Positions 50,149-58,578 of a stretch of 64,000 nt of DNA are shown in pieces. Every line of letters starts with the position of its first letter. Position 1 is the stretch's first letter. The notes under the pieces are model-generated. The model worked only from the letters and a program-made list of their open reading frames with translations, did no database searches and was not told the origin of the DNA. This stretch comes from Candidatus Latescibacterota bacterium. GTDB taxonomy: Bacteria; Latescibacterota; UBA2968. A program made the translations under genes and the position numbers. The DNA lies in NCBI GenBank assembly GCA_965207885.1, contig OZ242311.1:2528001-2592000 (forward strand). The letters run 5' to 3'.

Positions 50149-50811
50149 CTACGAGCTATCTCTTTTGACGGCGAAGAAAAATGGGTGAACTTCCTCCGGC
50201 GCATTAACACTTTTGGATCCACTTCCTACGGTACCTTCCTGTTCAATCTGGAACCCAGTCTCAGTGAGAAACTTTTTGTAGGTTGAGGGGCCAAAGTTGC
50301 TCCAGTACATGGTCCCGCCGAAGAAATCATCTTCAGTATATCCCGGCCCATCGTCGTACCTTGCAACCGTAAACAGAAGGAGGCCACCGGGCCGAAGCCA
50401 TTGTGCAAATCTACGAAAGAGGTCCTGGTGCTCCTGTCTCGGGATATGGAAGATGGCGTAAAAGCTGACAATTGCATCGAAGCTACCTGAGGGGAATTCG
50501 GTCTTCATTACGTCGGCGATGATGAATTCGGCTGTGGGGACGTTTTTCTTAGCTAAAGCGATCATGTTTGAGGAGATGTCGATCCCAGTGAGGCTGAATG
50601 TCCCGGCAAGATGTTGTGCAACCGGGATACCAGCACCACATCCAACATCAAGGATCTTTGCACCAGGCAGCAGATGCTCAGTTATCAAGTTGAGTTCCGC
50701 TTCAGGTGTGATACGCCTTTGCCCAGCGTAATCTCTCGCACACCGGTTATAGGCGGTCCTTACCAGGTCCCGATAATCGGTCTCCGGATCGTCAGCAATC
50801 TTGAATGGCAT
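50149..50811 (-). CDS. Class I SAM-dependent methyltransferase
   Basis: ILDVGCGAG and WLRPGG motifs. Confidence 0.9.
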   Translation of the reverse strand: MPFKIADDPETDYRDLVRTAYNRCARDYAGQRRITPEAELNLITEHLLPGAKILDVGCGAGIPVAQHLAGTFSLTGIDISSNMIALAKKNVPTAEFIIADVMKTEFPSGSFDAIVSFYAIFHIPRQEHQDLFRRFAQWLRPGGLLLFTVARYDDGPGYTEDDFFGGTMYWSNFGPSTYKKFLTETGFQIEQEGTVGSGSKSVNAPEEVHPFFFAVKRDSS

Positions 50812-50844
50812 AGGTCTCCTTGTTGATCTAAGTTATGCGTTTCC

Positions 50845-51753
50845 CTATCCGGTTCCGACGAGCACAAGCCCTGTGAAGATGATGGCGGTTCCGAGATATT
50901 TGGGGGTGTAGCCGGGTTCTTTGAGACAGAGAATACCGAAAATAGTGCCCAGGGGAATGCTGATCTGGCGAAAAGTAACGACATAGCTGACGTTTGAGAC
51001 AAAGGCCAGACTGATCAGGACCAGAGTATAAGCGACGGCCATGCCAGCACCTGCCAGCAGGGCGCGAGATGCCCGCGTTTTCAGGATTTCCCACATAAGG
51101 ATGCGACCGCGTTTTTGAAATAAAACCCAAATGCCCAGCCAGAGTGAGGTAATGAGGCCTTCAAAAAAGGCATAGAGAATCGTAGCCTGCCAGCCTGCAA
51201 TGGGAAGATCGGGAGTATCTCTGAGGAAGCGCAAAGCCTCGTCGTCGATGATCGAATAACCTGCTGAGGTGAAGGCGGCCATCAATGCAAACAATACCGA
51301 TGAATTCAGGTAGTTGTCAATACGGAAATCACTCAGATGCTTCATGGGCAGGATAAACATTCCAACGGCAACCAGGGCAATGCCCCAAATGCACTGTGTG
51401 CTGACCTGGTCGGCACGGTCAAAAAAAAGCGTCACGATAATGACTACGATGACCGGGGATGACCGGGCGATGGGGTAGAGGATGGACAGATCTCCTCTCT
51501 GGTAGGCGTTGGCCAACCCGAGGATGTAGATGGTCTGAAAAATACCTGTTGCGATAAGCAAGAACCATACGGAAGTAGGGAATGTGGGAATTGCTGAACC
51601 GAATAGGATGAGTGCGGGAATCAGGCACAGAGTTCCCAGTGTGTTGACCAGGAGGAAGAAGGCAGAGGACGGATGTTCCCGCTTACACAACAGGTTCCAG
51701 CCCACGTGAGTGAAGGCGGAGATGAGGATGAGGATGATGGCGGTGAGGGTCAA
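50845..51753 (-). CDS. EamA/DMT family transporter
   Basis: About 10 TM helices; GDLSILYPIARS and FRQISI motifs. Confidence 0.88.
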   Translation of the reverse strand: MTLTAIILILISAFTHVGWNLLCKREHPSSAFFLLVNTLGTLCLIPALILFGSAIPTFPTSVWFLLIATGIFQTIYILGLANAYQRGDLSILYPIARSSPVIVVIIVTLFFDRADQVSTQCIWGIALVAVGMFILPMKHLSDFRIDNYLNSSVLFALMAAFTSAGYSIIDDEALRFLRDTPDLPIAGWQATILYAFFEGLITSLWLGIWVLFQKRGRILMWEILKTRASRALLAGAGMAVAYTLVLISLAFVSNVSYVVTFRQISIPLGTIFGILCLKEPGYTPKYLGTAIIFTGLVLVGTG

Positions 51754-51819
51754 GGCGACATTTTTTGAATGATGGAAACAGGGAGGGTATCTTATCGTAA
51801 AAAACGGGCAAGTCGAGTA

Positions 51820-52122
51820 CTACACTTTATTTCGCGCTTCTAACCATCGCTTTAGCGAACGTTGGCTCTCTCCCGAAGGTCGGCCAGCCCATACATTTTC
51901 GACGCTAATATCCTCATCCAGATCAGGCCAATGGATGCCTTCACCTCGACCGATGAGTCGCCAATTATTGCGCTCTTGAGAGGTGCCATGCAATAGACGA
52001 GGATACCATTCTAAAGGGACTCTTATGCTTCGTCCATCAACTAAGTCTATCATTAGTGACTCGTCGTCGATAGAGATACGCTCCGCAAGCGTAGGTTGAA
52101 TTTCAATCGTTGAAATACTCAT
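51820..52122 (-). CDS. DUF2442 protein (DhiA-like antitoxin)
   Basis: LVDGR..VPLEWYPRL and GIHWPDLDEDISV motifs. Confidence 0.88.
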   Translation of the reverse strand: MSISTIEIQPTLAERISIDDESLMIDLVDGRSIRVPLEWYPRLLHGTSQERNNWRLIGRGEGIHWPDLDEDISVENVWAGRPSGESQRSLKRWLEARNKV

Positions 52123-52339
52123 TCCAGAACTCCACGATATCGTCTTGTTTTTCTCCAATAATCCTTCTGATACGCCTCAAATCCGTACTGCGAAAACCAC
52201 TACTTCTCTGTAATCGGATAGGTTCTATCCAAAATTTTGCGATAGAATCATCTCTTTCCACATGAACATGAATCGGTTCATCCCGGTCACCTGCATAAAA
52301 GAAAAATCGGTAGGGACCGTTTGAAAAAATAGTTGGCAT
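52103..52339 (-). CDS. DUF4160 protein (DhiT-like toxin)
   Basis: MPTI..GPYRFFFY and EPIHVHV motifs; overlaps DUF2442 start. Confidence 0.88.
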   Translation of the reverse strand: MPTIFSNGPYRFFFYAGDRDEPIHVHVERDDSIAKFWIEPIRLQRSSGFRSTDLRRIRRIIGEKQDDIVEFWNEYFND

Positions 52340-52348
52340 GTACGTATA

Positions 52349-52410
52349 TCATTGTTTTACAATGAAATGGAATCAAATAACAATTTTCAATGAAATATGA
52401 AAATTGTCAA
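52349..52410 (-). promoter_or_regulatory. Promoter/operator region of TA module with two palindromes
   Basis: TTGACA at 52405-52410; inverted repeats ACAATTTTCA-8-TGAAAATTGT (52380-52407) and TCATTGT-3-ACAATGA (52349-52365). Confidence 0.6.
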
Positions 52411-52459
52411 GGGAAATGTATTCAGCGGGCTGAACAACCAAAGGAAGTAAAGGGGTAAT

Positions 52460-53725
52460 TCAGGCCTCTGCCAACTCTAATTCACTCTCAAACGCTGTCA
52501 GGGATGCCTGCATTTCACTTGCCAATGCCCTTGAGTTGGACGCTTCTGTTAGGTTCCTGGTTTCCCAGGGATCCGCTTCCATATCGAAAAGCTGGATTAC
52601 TGGGTCGTCCTCATAGGTAATGAGCTTATGTGTGTTGGTGCGGAGCATCTTACCGCCTCCGGTGGCGTGTGCTACCACAAAATCCCGCCAATCTGGATTT
52701 TTACCTTCAGCAATCGCACGCAGGCTGTATCCCCGCATCATGGGAGGTGGCGAGATCCCGGCATAATCACAAACTGTCGGAAAAACATCCACGCCCGATA
52801 CGAGATGCTCGTGGTCGATCACCTGTTCCTCGATGTGACCGGGCCAGCTCATGATAAAGGGTACCCGCGCGGCCTCATCGTATAGAAAGCTCTTAAAGAC
52901 CATCTTGTGCCGAAGATGCCCATCCCCATGGTCGGACGTAAGGATTATGACTGTATTGTCCTTAAATGCTGAGTTCTCGAGCGCGTCCATGATCAGGCCG
53001 ATCTGTCCATCCACCTTTTCAATGTAGCGGTAGTAGGTCCAAATATAGTACCGGTAGAGTTTCTCTTCCCACTTTTCCATACCCGATTCTTCGCCTCGAT
53101 CTACCATTTTCTGATTCCGGGAGTTCCTGATTCTTTCCGGCTCCGCCATGTCTGTCTCGAAATTGGGGGGTAGCGGGGGAAGATCGTCAATCTCGGGGAA
53201 CGGCATCTCCCCGTCGTGCATCGTATGCGTCAGTACGAAAGAGCAGATATCGTGCGGATTCAAGAGTCCGACTGACAGGAAGAAGGGTTCTTTCTTCTGG
53301 TAGTTCTGGAGAAACCCGATCGCACTGCGGGTCGAAGCAATGTCTCCGGTCTCAGCCGTATTCCGCGGATCGAGGCAGATATGGTGGAAACTCTGTGCGA
53401 CATCTCTGCCGGGAATATGCCATTTCCCGCTGTAGTAGGCGTTGTAACCATTTTTGTTCAGCCATTGTCCCAGGTCCGGCATGGATGGAACCATGTTGGC
53501 ACCGTTAGTTACTACTCCGTTTTCGGGTGTGTGGCGCCCGGTAAACCAACTCGCACGCGCTGGACAGCAGACTGGATTGGCGCTATAGGATTTTGCAAAG
53601 CTGATTCCCCTTGCTGCAAGTCGGTCCATACCGGGTGTCTTCACGTCATTGCACCCCAGATGTCCAAGGGCTTCCGCGCTGTGCTGGTCGGTTGTAATCA
53701 GAAGGATATTTGGTCTCTGTTCCAT
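52460..53725 (-). CDS. Sulfatase (FGly type)
   Basis: CCPAR, GKWH and SDHG motifs. Confidence 0.92.
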   Translation of the reverse strand: MEQRPNILLITTDQHSAEALGHLGCNDVKTPGMDRLAARGISFAKSYSANPVCCPARASWFTGRHTPENGVVTNGANMVPSMPDLGQWLNKNGYNAYYSGKWHIPGRDVAQSFHHICLDPRNTAETGDIASTRSAIGFLQNYQKKEPFFLSVGLLNPHDICSFVLTHTMHDGEMPFPEIDDLPPLPPNFETDMAEPERIRNSRNQKMVDRGEESGMEKWEEKLYRYYIWTYYRYIEKVDGQIGLIMDALENSAFKDNTVIILTSDHGDGHLRHKMVFKSFLYDEAARVPFIMSWPGHIEEQVIDHEHLVSGVDVFPTVCDYAGISPPPMMRGYSLRAIAEGKNPDWRDFVVAHATGGGKMLRTNTHKLITYEDDPVIQLFDMEADPWETRNLTEASNSRALASEMQASLTAFESELELAEA

Positions 53726-53728
53726 CGC

Positions 53729-54454
53729 TTATGACCCCTCTTTCTTGAGGATCACTGTCCGACGCGTACTCACCACGAGAAATAATCTTCCATTCGCATC
53801 TACATAATAACAAGTGGGAATAACGGATTCTCCGTAGTGGCAATACACATCTGCAGTCACAGCACTTTGATCTGTTGTGATCTTCGATGTCCCGCGATAA
53901 ATTAGAAACTGATTTTCCCGGATCATTGAGAATTCTTCTATCAGGTCAAATGCGTGCTTTGTAGTGTCCTTTCTCACGGCCAGACGCTGGACTGCGTCAA
54001 AAAGACACCAGTCGGCGGTATAGAGCCCAAGCGTTTTTGAGCGCGCAGGCTCTTTGCCATCCATCAAAAGCCGACTATTTTGGATTTCCCCTTTCTGGGT
54101 GTATCCAACCAGTCCTTTTCCCGCCGGGCTTCCGTTGGAATACTTTAGCGTCCAGACCGTTGGAGATGTGAGTGCGTTGTTCTCGCATTGTGCATTAATT
54201 TTTGTCGTGTTATCGAACTTCAGGTCTGAGCAGGTGATGTCCAAATGACGGTTTTTACCTTCATGCCTGGCGGAAATCCTGAGCGTAGCCTCAGGCTCGT
54301 GAGACCTGCTCCCTCGCGTCGTCCGAATGTTCATCCAGTAGATGTCGTATGTCTGCTCTCCCGGCGCCTCCGGATCAAAGGCTCCGGCGGGCAAACCGTA
54401 TTTGTTCAACACCTTCTTTGTATGGATATATTCCCATGGCTCAGCCATTTTCAC
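53729..54454 (-). CDS. Hypothetical protein
   Basis: 241-aa ORF with RBS AAGGAG, 3 nt upstream of the sulfatase. Confidence 0.6.
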   Translation of the reverse strand: MKMAEPWEYIHTKKVLNKYGLPAGAFDPEAPGEQTYDIYWMNIRTTRGSRSHEPEATLRISARHEGKNRHLDITCSDLKFDNTTKINAQCENNALTSPTVWTLKYSNGSPAGKGLVGYTQKGEIQNSRLLMDGKEPARSKTLGLYTADWCLFDAVQRLAVRKDTTKHAFDLIEEFSMIRENQFLIYRGTSKITTDQSAVTADVYCHYGESVIPTCYYVDANGRLFLVVSTRRTVILKKEGS

Positions 54455-54478
54455 GCTCCTTTCCGAGAAAGGCTCTCG

Positions 54479-54589
54479 ATGAACGACATGCAGATTCTAC
54501 GACATACTGAGGGGAAGAGCAAGCATCATCTGGTATGGATTTCGAAAGAGGGGCGGAAAATGCTCTATAACCCACTTCGCCGAGCTTGA
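54479..54589 (+). pseudogene. Degenerate IS200/IS605 tnpA 5' remnant
   Basis: MNDMQILRHTEGKSKHHLVWISKEGRKMLY resembles Y1 transposase N-terminus (SH..W.CKYH.V..PKYRRK.LY). Confidence 0.65.
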
Positions 54590-54661
54590 CCCACAAAGGC
54601 GAAGTCGCTATTGTATTGGGTCACGAATAGTGCTGCAGGAGCGACTGATGGAGGGCCGACG

Positions 54662-55981
54662 ATGTCGAATGAAAAACCGAATGTGCTGGTGATTCAGCCC
54701 GACCAGCACCGCGGAACGGTGATGGGTTGTGCAGGTGACTCGCAGGTGAAAACGCCGAATCTGGACCGCCTTGCGTCGGCGGGGATACGGTTCTCGCACT
54801 GCGCCTCGTCCAGCCCTGTGTGTTCCCCGTTTCGGGGGACGATGCAGACCGGATTGTATTGCCATACCCACGGCGTGGATGTGAACAATATTCTGCTGAA
54901 TCCCGAGCTGATCACGTTCGCCGATCTGTTTGCGGATACTGGATATGCCACAGGCTATATCGGAAAGTGGCATCTGGATGGGTTTAAGCCCAGGGGATGG
55001 GGTGGATTTATTGAGCCTGGTCCCAGGCGAGCGGGATGGCGGGAATGGCACGGGTACCAGAAGGGGCACGAGTTTTTTGAAGTCTGGGACTACAACGAGA
55101 ATCGCGAGAGGGTGCGGATCAAAGGCTACGACTGGGAGCCGACATGGCATACGGATATGGCTCTGGACTTTGTAAAACGAAATCGCGACGCGGGTCGTCC
55201 CTGGCTCTACTATTTGGGATATGGCCCGCCGCACCAGCCCGAACAGTGCCCGCAGAAGTACCTGGATATGTACGATCCAGATATCTTTGAACTGCCAGAC
55301 GACGTGAAGGGACGGTTCGGAGATCGGGAACGCGAGCTTCGGCGGCTTTATCGAATGTATTACGCTCAGGTAACAGCAGTGGATGTAGAGATTGGACGTG
55401 TGATGGCTGGCCTGGAGGAATTGGGAATCGGAGATAATACGATTGTGGTCTATGTAAGCGATCACGGCGACAAGCTGGGCAGTCACTGCGAACCCGATGA
55501 CCGCAACTTTCGTGGTAAGGGAAGTCCTTTTGCGACCGCGTTTCGCATCCCGTTCATCGTGCATTGGCCCGATCACATCAAACCAAATCAGGTGTGTGAC
55601 GCGCTGGTGAGTAGCGTGGATCTCACGCCCACGATTTTGGACCTGGCGGGATTGGGGATTCCCGATGTGATGCAGGGCGACAGTATGGCGAACTGGTGTC
55701 TGGAGGGGAAAGGCGTGAAGAACGACTGTGTATATATGGGACTCCGCGGCGCGACCCAGCCCGATGGATGGCGTGCCGTATGGGATGGCCGTTACGTGTT
55801 TTCACCAGGAATTCACAATGTCCTGTATGACCACGAATCCGATCCGTTGGAGATGGAAAATCTCATTGACGCGCCACAGATTTCAGAAGAGAAGAAGCGG
55901 TTAGCAGGGCTACTCGTACAGATGGCCGAGAAGACAGAAGATCCGATGCTGCAGGAGGTGAAGGGTCTTTGCGATGTGTGA
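54662..55981 (+). CDS. Sulfatase (FGly type)
   Basis: CSPFR, GKWHL and SDHG motifs; GGAGG RBS. Confidence 0.92.
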   Translation: MSNEKPNVLVIQPDQHRGTVMGCAGDSQVKTPNLDRLASAGIRFSHCASSSPVCSPFRGTMQTGLYCHTHGVDVNNILLNPELITFADLFADTGYATGYIGKWHLDGFKPRGWGGFIEPGPRRAGWREWHGYQKGHEFFEVWDYNENRERVRIKGYDWEPTWHTDMALDFVKRNRDAGRPWLYYLGYGPPHQPEQCPQKYLDMYDPDIFELPDDVKGRFGDRERELRRLYRMYYAQVTAVDVEIGRVMAGLEELGIGDNTIVVYVSDHGDKLGSHCEPDDRNFRGKGSPFATAFRIPFIVHWPDHIKPNQVCDALVSSVDLTPTILDLAGLGIPDVMQGDSMANWCLEGKGVKNDCVYMGLRGATQPDGWRAVWDGRYVFSPGIHNVLYDHESDPLEMENLIDAPQISEEKKRLAGLLVQMAEKTEDPMLQEVKGLCDV

Positions 55982-57280
55982 TCATCCCTGACCGTCATCG
56001 CGGCCATGCGCACGCTCCCACGCCTTCACCCGTTCAAACAATACGCCCACGCGCTCTTGACATCTTGCATCCTCAATCCGATTATAAAACTCCTTCGGAT
56101 CCTTCGATAGATCAAAATACTCTCCTGCTTCACTCTGATATACATTCAACTTTTCCGTCTCCGTCCGAATCATCTGGGTATCACCAATCTGACTGAATAC
56201 CGCATCCCGCCAATCATCAGGGGGCGGCTCTCCATCCAGCAATGGTTTCAACGACTGTCCGTGTACAGAGTCGGGAACCTCAGCTCCAATCAAATCACAA
56301 ATCGTCGGAAATAAATCAATGTGTTCTACCAGTTCATCCCGCACGCCCGATCGAATTCTGGGATCAGAAATCAACAACGGCACATGCACCGAAGCCTCTC
56401 GCATATTAAACTTCAAAAACATCTCATGCTCCCACATCTGGTCGCCGTGATCTGCCGTCCAGATCACAATCGTCTCGTCCCTGATCCCCAACCGATCCAG
56501 CGCATCTAAAACCATCCCACAATACCCATCCACAAGTTCAATCATCCCATAATATCCCGCAATAACCTGCCGCAGTTCCACGGGTGTCAGATGCGCCCAT
56601 TCTTTCCGTTTTTTCAAAATATCACTGTGAGGCAAGGGCGCATCAGCAGGTGCTTGTTCTGGTAATTCGATCTTTGACTGATCGATCTTTTCATAAATTT
56701 CTTTGGGCGGATAAAACGGGGGATGAGGCTCGGTAAAACTCGTCCAGGACAAAAACTTCTCTCCTTTACTGACGGCTTCTTCAATCTGCCGAATCGACTC
56801 TGTCGCCACATGATATCCCCAATGCTGTTCTCGACTTCGCGGACTTGGCCCGCCAGATGACCTCCGCAATACACCCTCATTTTCCCAATCGTATCGGGCC
56901 AGCATATTCTCAGGCATTGTCTCGCGCCACATCTGTTGTGTAATTTCTGGCTCATAGCCATTGTCCATATCGGGATCTTTCCAGTGCATATGGCCCAGAT
57001 GAAAACGGCGATAATTCAGGGGTTGCACGGCGTGTGCGATCGTGTACATCCCCGGATAAGGCATTGAATTATTGGTAAAGACGCCATGTGTATGGACATA
57101 TTTGCCGGTTGCCAAACTGTGCCGCGCTGGCGAACACACAGGCGACTGTGTATAACACTGGTCAAATCGCACACTCTTTTCGGCCAGACGATCCAGATTG
57201 GGCGTATGAGCCAGTGGATTCCCCAGGCACCCCAATGCGCCAAATCTGTGATGATCGCTCATCAAAACAAGCACATTCAT
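55982..57280 (-). CDS. Sulfatase (choline-sulfatase-like)
   Basis: CSPAR and ADHG motifs. Confidence 0.9.
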   Translation of the reverse strand: MNVLVLMSDHHRFGALGCLGNPLAHTPNLDRLAEKSVRFDQCYTQSPVCSPARHSLATGKYVHTHGVFTNNSMPYPGMYTIAHAVQPLNYRRFHLGHMHWKDPDMDNGYEPEITQQMWRETMPENMLARYDWENEGVLRRSSGGPSPRSREQHWGYHVATESIRQIEEAVSKGEKFLSWTSFTEPHPPFYPPKEIYEKIDQSKIELPEQAPADAPLPHSDILKKRKEWAHLTPVELRQVIAGYYGMIELVDGYCGMVLDALDRLGIRDETIVIWTADHGDQMWEHEMFLKFNMREASVHVPLLISDPRIRSGVRDELVEHIDLFPTICDLIGAEVPDSVHGQSLKPLLDGEPPPDDWRDAVFSQIGDTQMIRTETEKLNVYQSEAGEYFDLSKDPKEFYNRIEDARCQERVGVLFERVKAWERAHGRDDGQG

Positions 57281-57298
57281 CGATAAATCTCCTTTCAA

Positions 57299-58546
57299 TC
57301 AACTCCTCGTTCGATTTCTCCATTGGTTAAGCGCGAGGAGCATGCTGTCTCTGGTTTCGGAGTTCAGACTCTGAGCCAGGTTGTTGCGTTCATACGGGTC
57401 GTCCGCCAGATTAAAGCAATGCGTAATGTCATTATCGTTCCGCTTCGTAATTAGCTTTACGTCGCCCCTGATAACACAATCATCTTTGTGCTCGATAAAG
57501 ACATCGGTTGAGGTATCTGGCTCTCCTGTCATGCAGGGCAGTAGAGAGCGTCCTTCAGTTTCTCCTGGATTTTCAGCATCGGCCAGATGGAGAATTGTGG
57601 CGAATAGATCTACGGTAGATACTGGTTTCTCAACAACACATTGTGCTGTTCTGGGTACGCGGATGAGCAGGGGCACGCGAACAGACTCATCGAACATAAC
57701 GCCTTTTCCGAACAGGCCATGACAACCGGCCATATCGCCATGGTCAGATGTGAAGATGACGACAGTATCATTTGCCAGTCCAGTCTTTTCCAGTGTTTTT
57801 AATACGCGGCCCAACGCGGTGTCCAACTGAGAAATTTCCCCAAAGTACCGCTTCCTGAATTCTTCAACACCGTAGTCCGCATTCCAACCCCTGTTCTTGA
57901 ACCAGGCGTCGCGGTCTGTATTAGGCGGACCATCCAGTACGGATTTGTCATATCGATGCATGTCGGCCATCGGAGGCGAACAGGGAGGGTGGGGCGCTTG
58001 ATACGATACGGCCAGGAAGAATGGGGATTTCGGGGATGATAGCGATTCCAGTTCCTCGCAGACAATATCTGTCAAGCCATCGGTTTCGTGCCCACGAAGC
58101 TTTACGGGGGTGTCGGGATCATCGTACCAGATCAGTCCGGCGTTGTGATCTACATGGTGGCTTTCCCACCCAATGAAGTGCTGAAAGCCTCCCCGCAGTT
58201 CTGGCGGGACCCATCCATTCTGTTTTTCACCACTCAAATGCCATTTCCCGATATAGTGCGTGTCATAACCCGCCCGGTTCAGATGATGGGCAATGGTCGG
58301 CTGATTCTCGGGGAGGCGCATACCATTCCCTGTGACGCCGGTCTGGCTCGGGTATTGACCGGTTAATAGACAAGCCCTGTATGGGGTGCACAGCGGTACA
58401 TTCGTATAAGCGCGATTGAATTGCGCGTTTTGTGCGGCGAATTGTGATAGGTTGGGGGAATGAATTAGATGATTCCCATAGAACGGCAACCATCTGGCGC
58501 TAAGCTGGTCGGGAAAAATGAACAGGATGTTTGGTCTGTGTATCAT
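57299..58546 (-). CDS. Sulfatase (FGly type)
   Basis: CTPYR, GKWHL and SDHG motifs. Confidence 0.92.
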   Translation of the reverse strand: MIHRPNILFIFPDQLSARWLPFYGNHLIHSPNLSQFAAQNAQFNRAYTNVPLCTPYRACLLTGQYPSQTGVTGNGMRLPENQPTIAHHLNRAGYDTHYIGKWHLSGEKQNGWVPPELRGGFQHFIGWESHHVDHNAGLIWYDDPDTPVKLRGHETDGLTDIVCEELESLSSPKSPFFLAVSYQAPHPPCSPPMADMHRYDKSVLDGPPNTDRDAWFKNRGWNADYGVEEFRKRYFGEISQLDTALGRVLKTLEKTGLANDTVVIFTSDHGDMAGCHGLFGKGVMFDESVRVPLLIRVPRTAQCVVEKPVSTVDLFATILHLADAENPGETEGRSLLPCMTGEPDTSTDVFIEHKDDCVIRGDVKLITKRNDNDITHCFNLADDPYERNNLAQSLNSETRDSMLLALNQWRNRTRS

Positions 58547-58578
58547 GTATTCGGGGTGGGGGAGCGATTGATTCTTTT

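Noticed and set aside
11636-52339. Canonical integron/superintegron
   Set aside because: No intI and no recurring attC palindromes; most gaps are too short to hold one.
54608-55576. 322-aa minus-strand ORF
   Set aside because: Antisense shadow of the plus-strand sulfatase.
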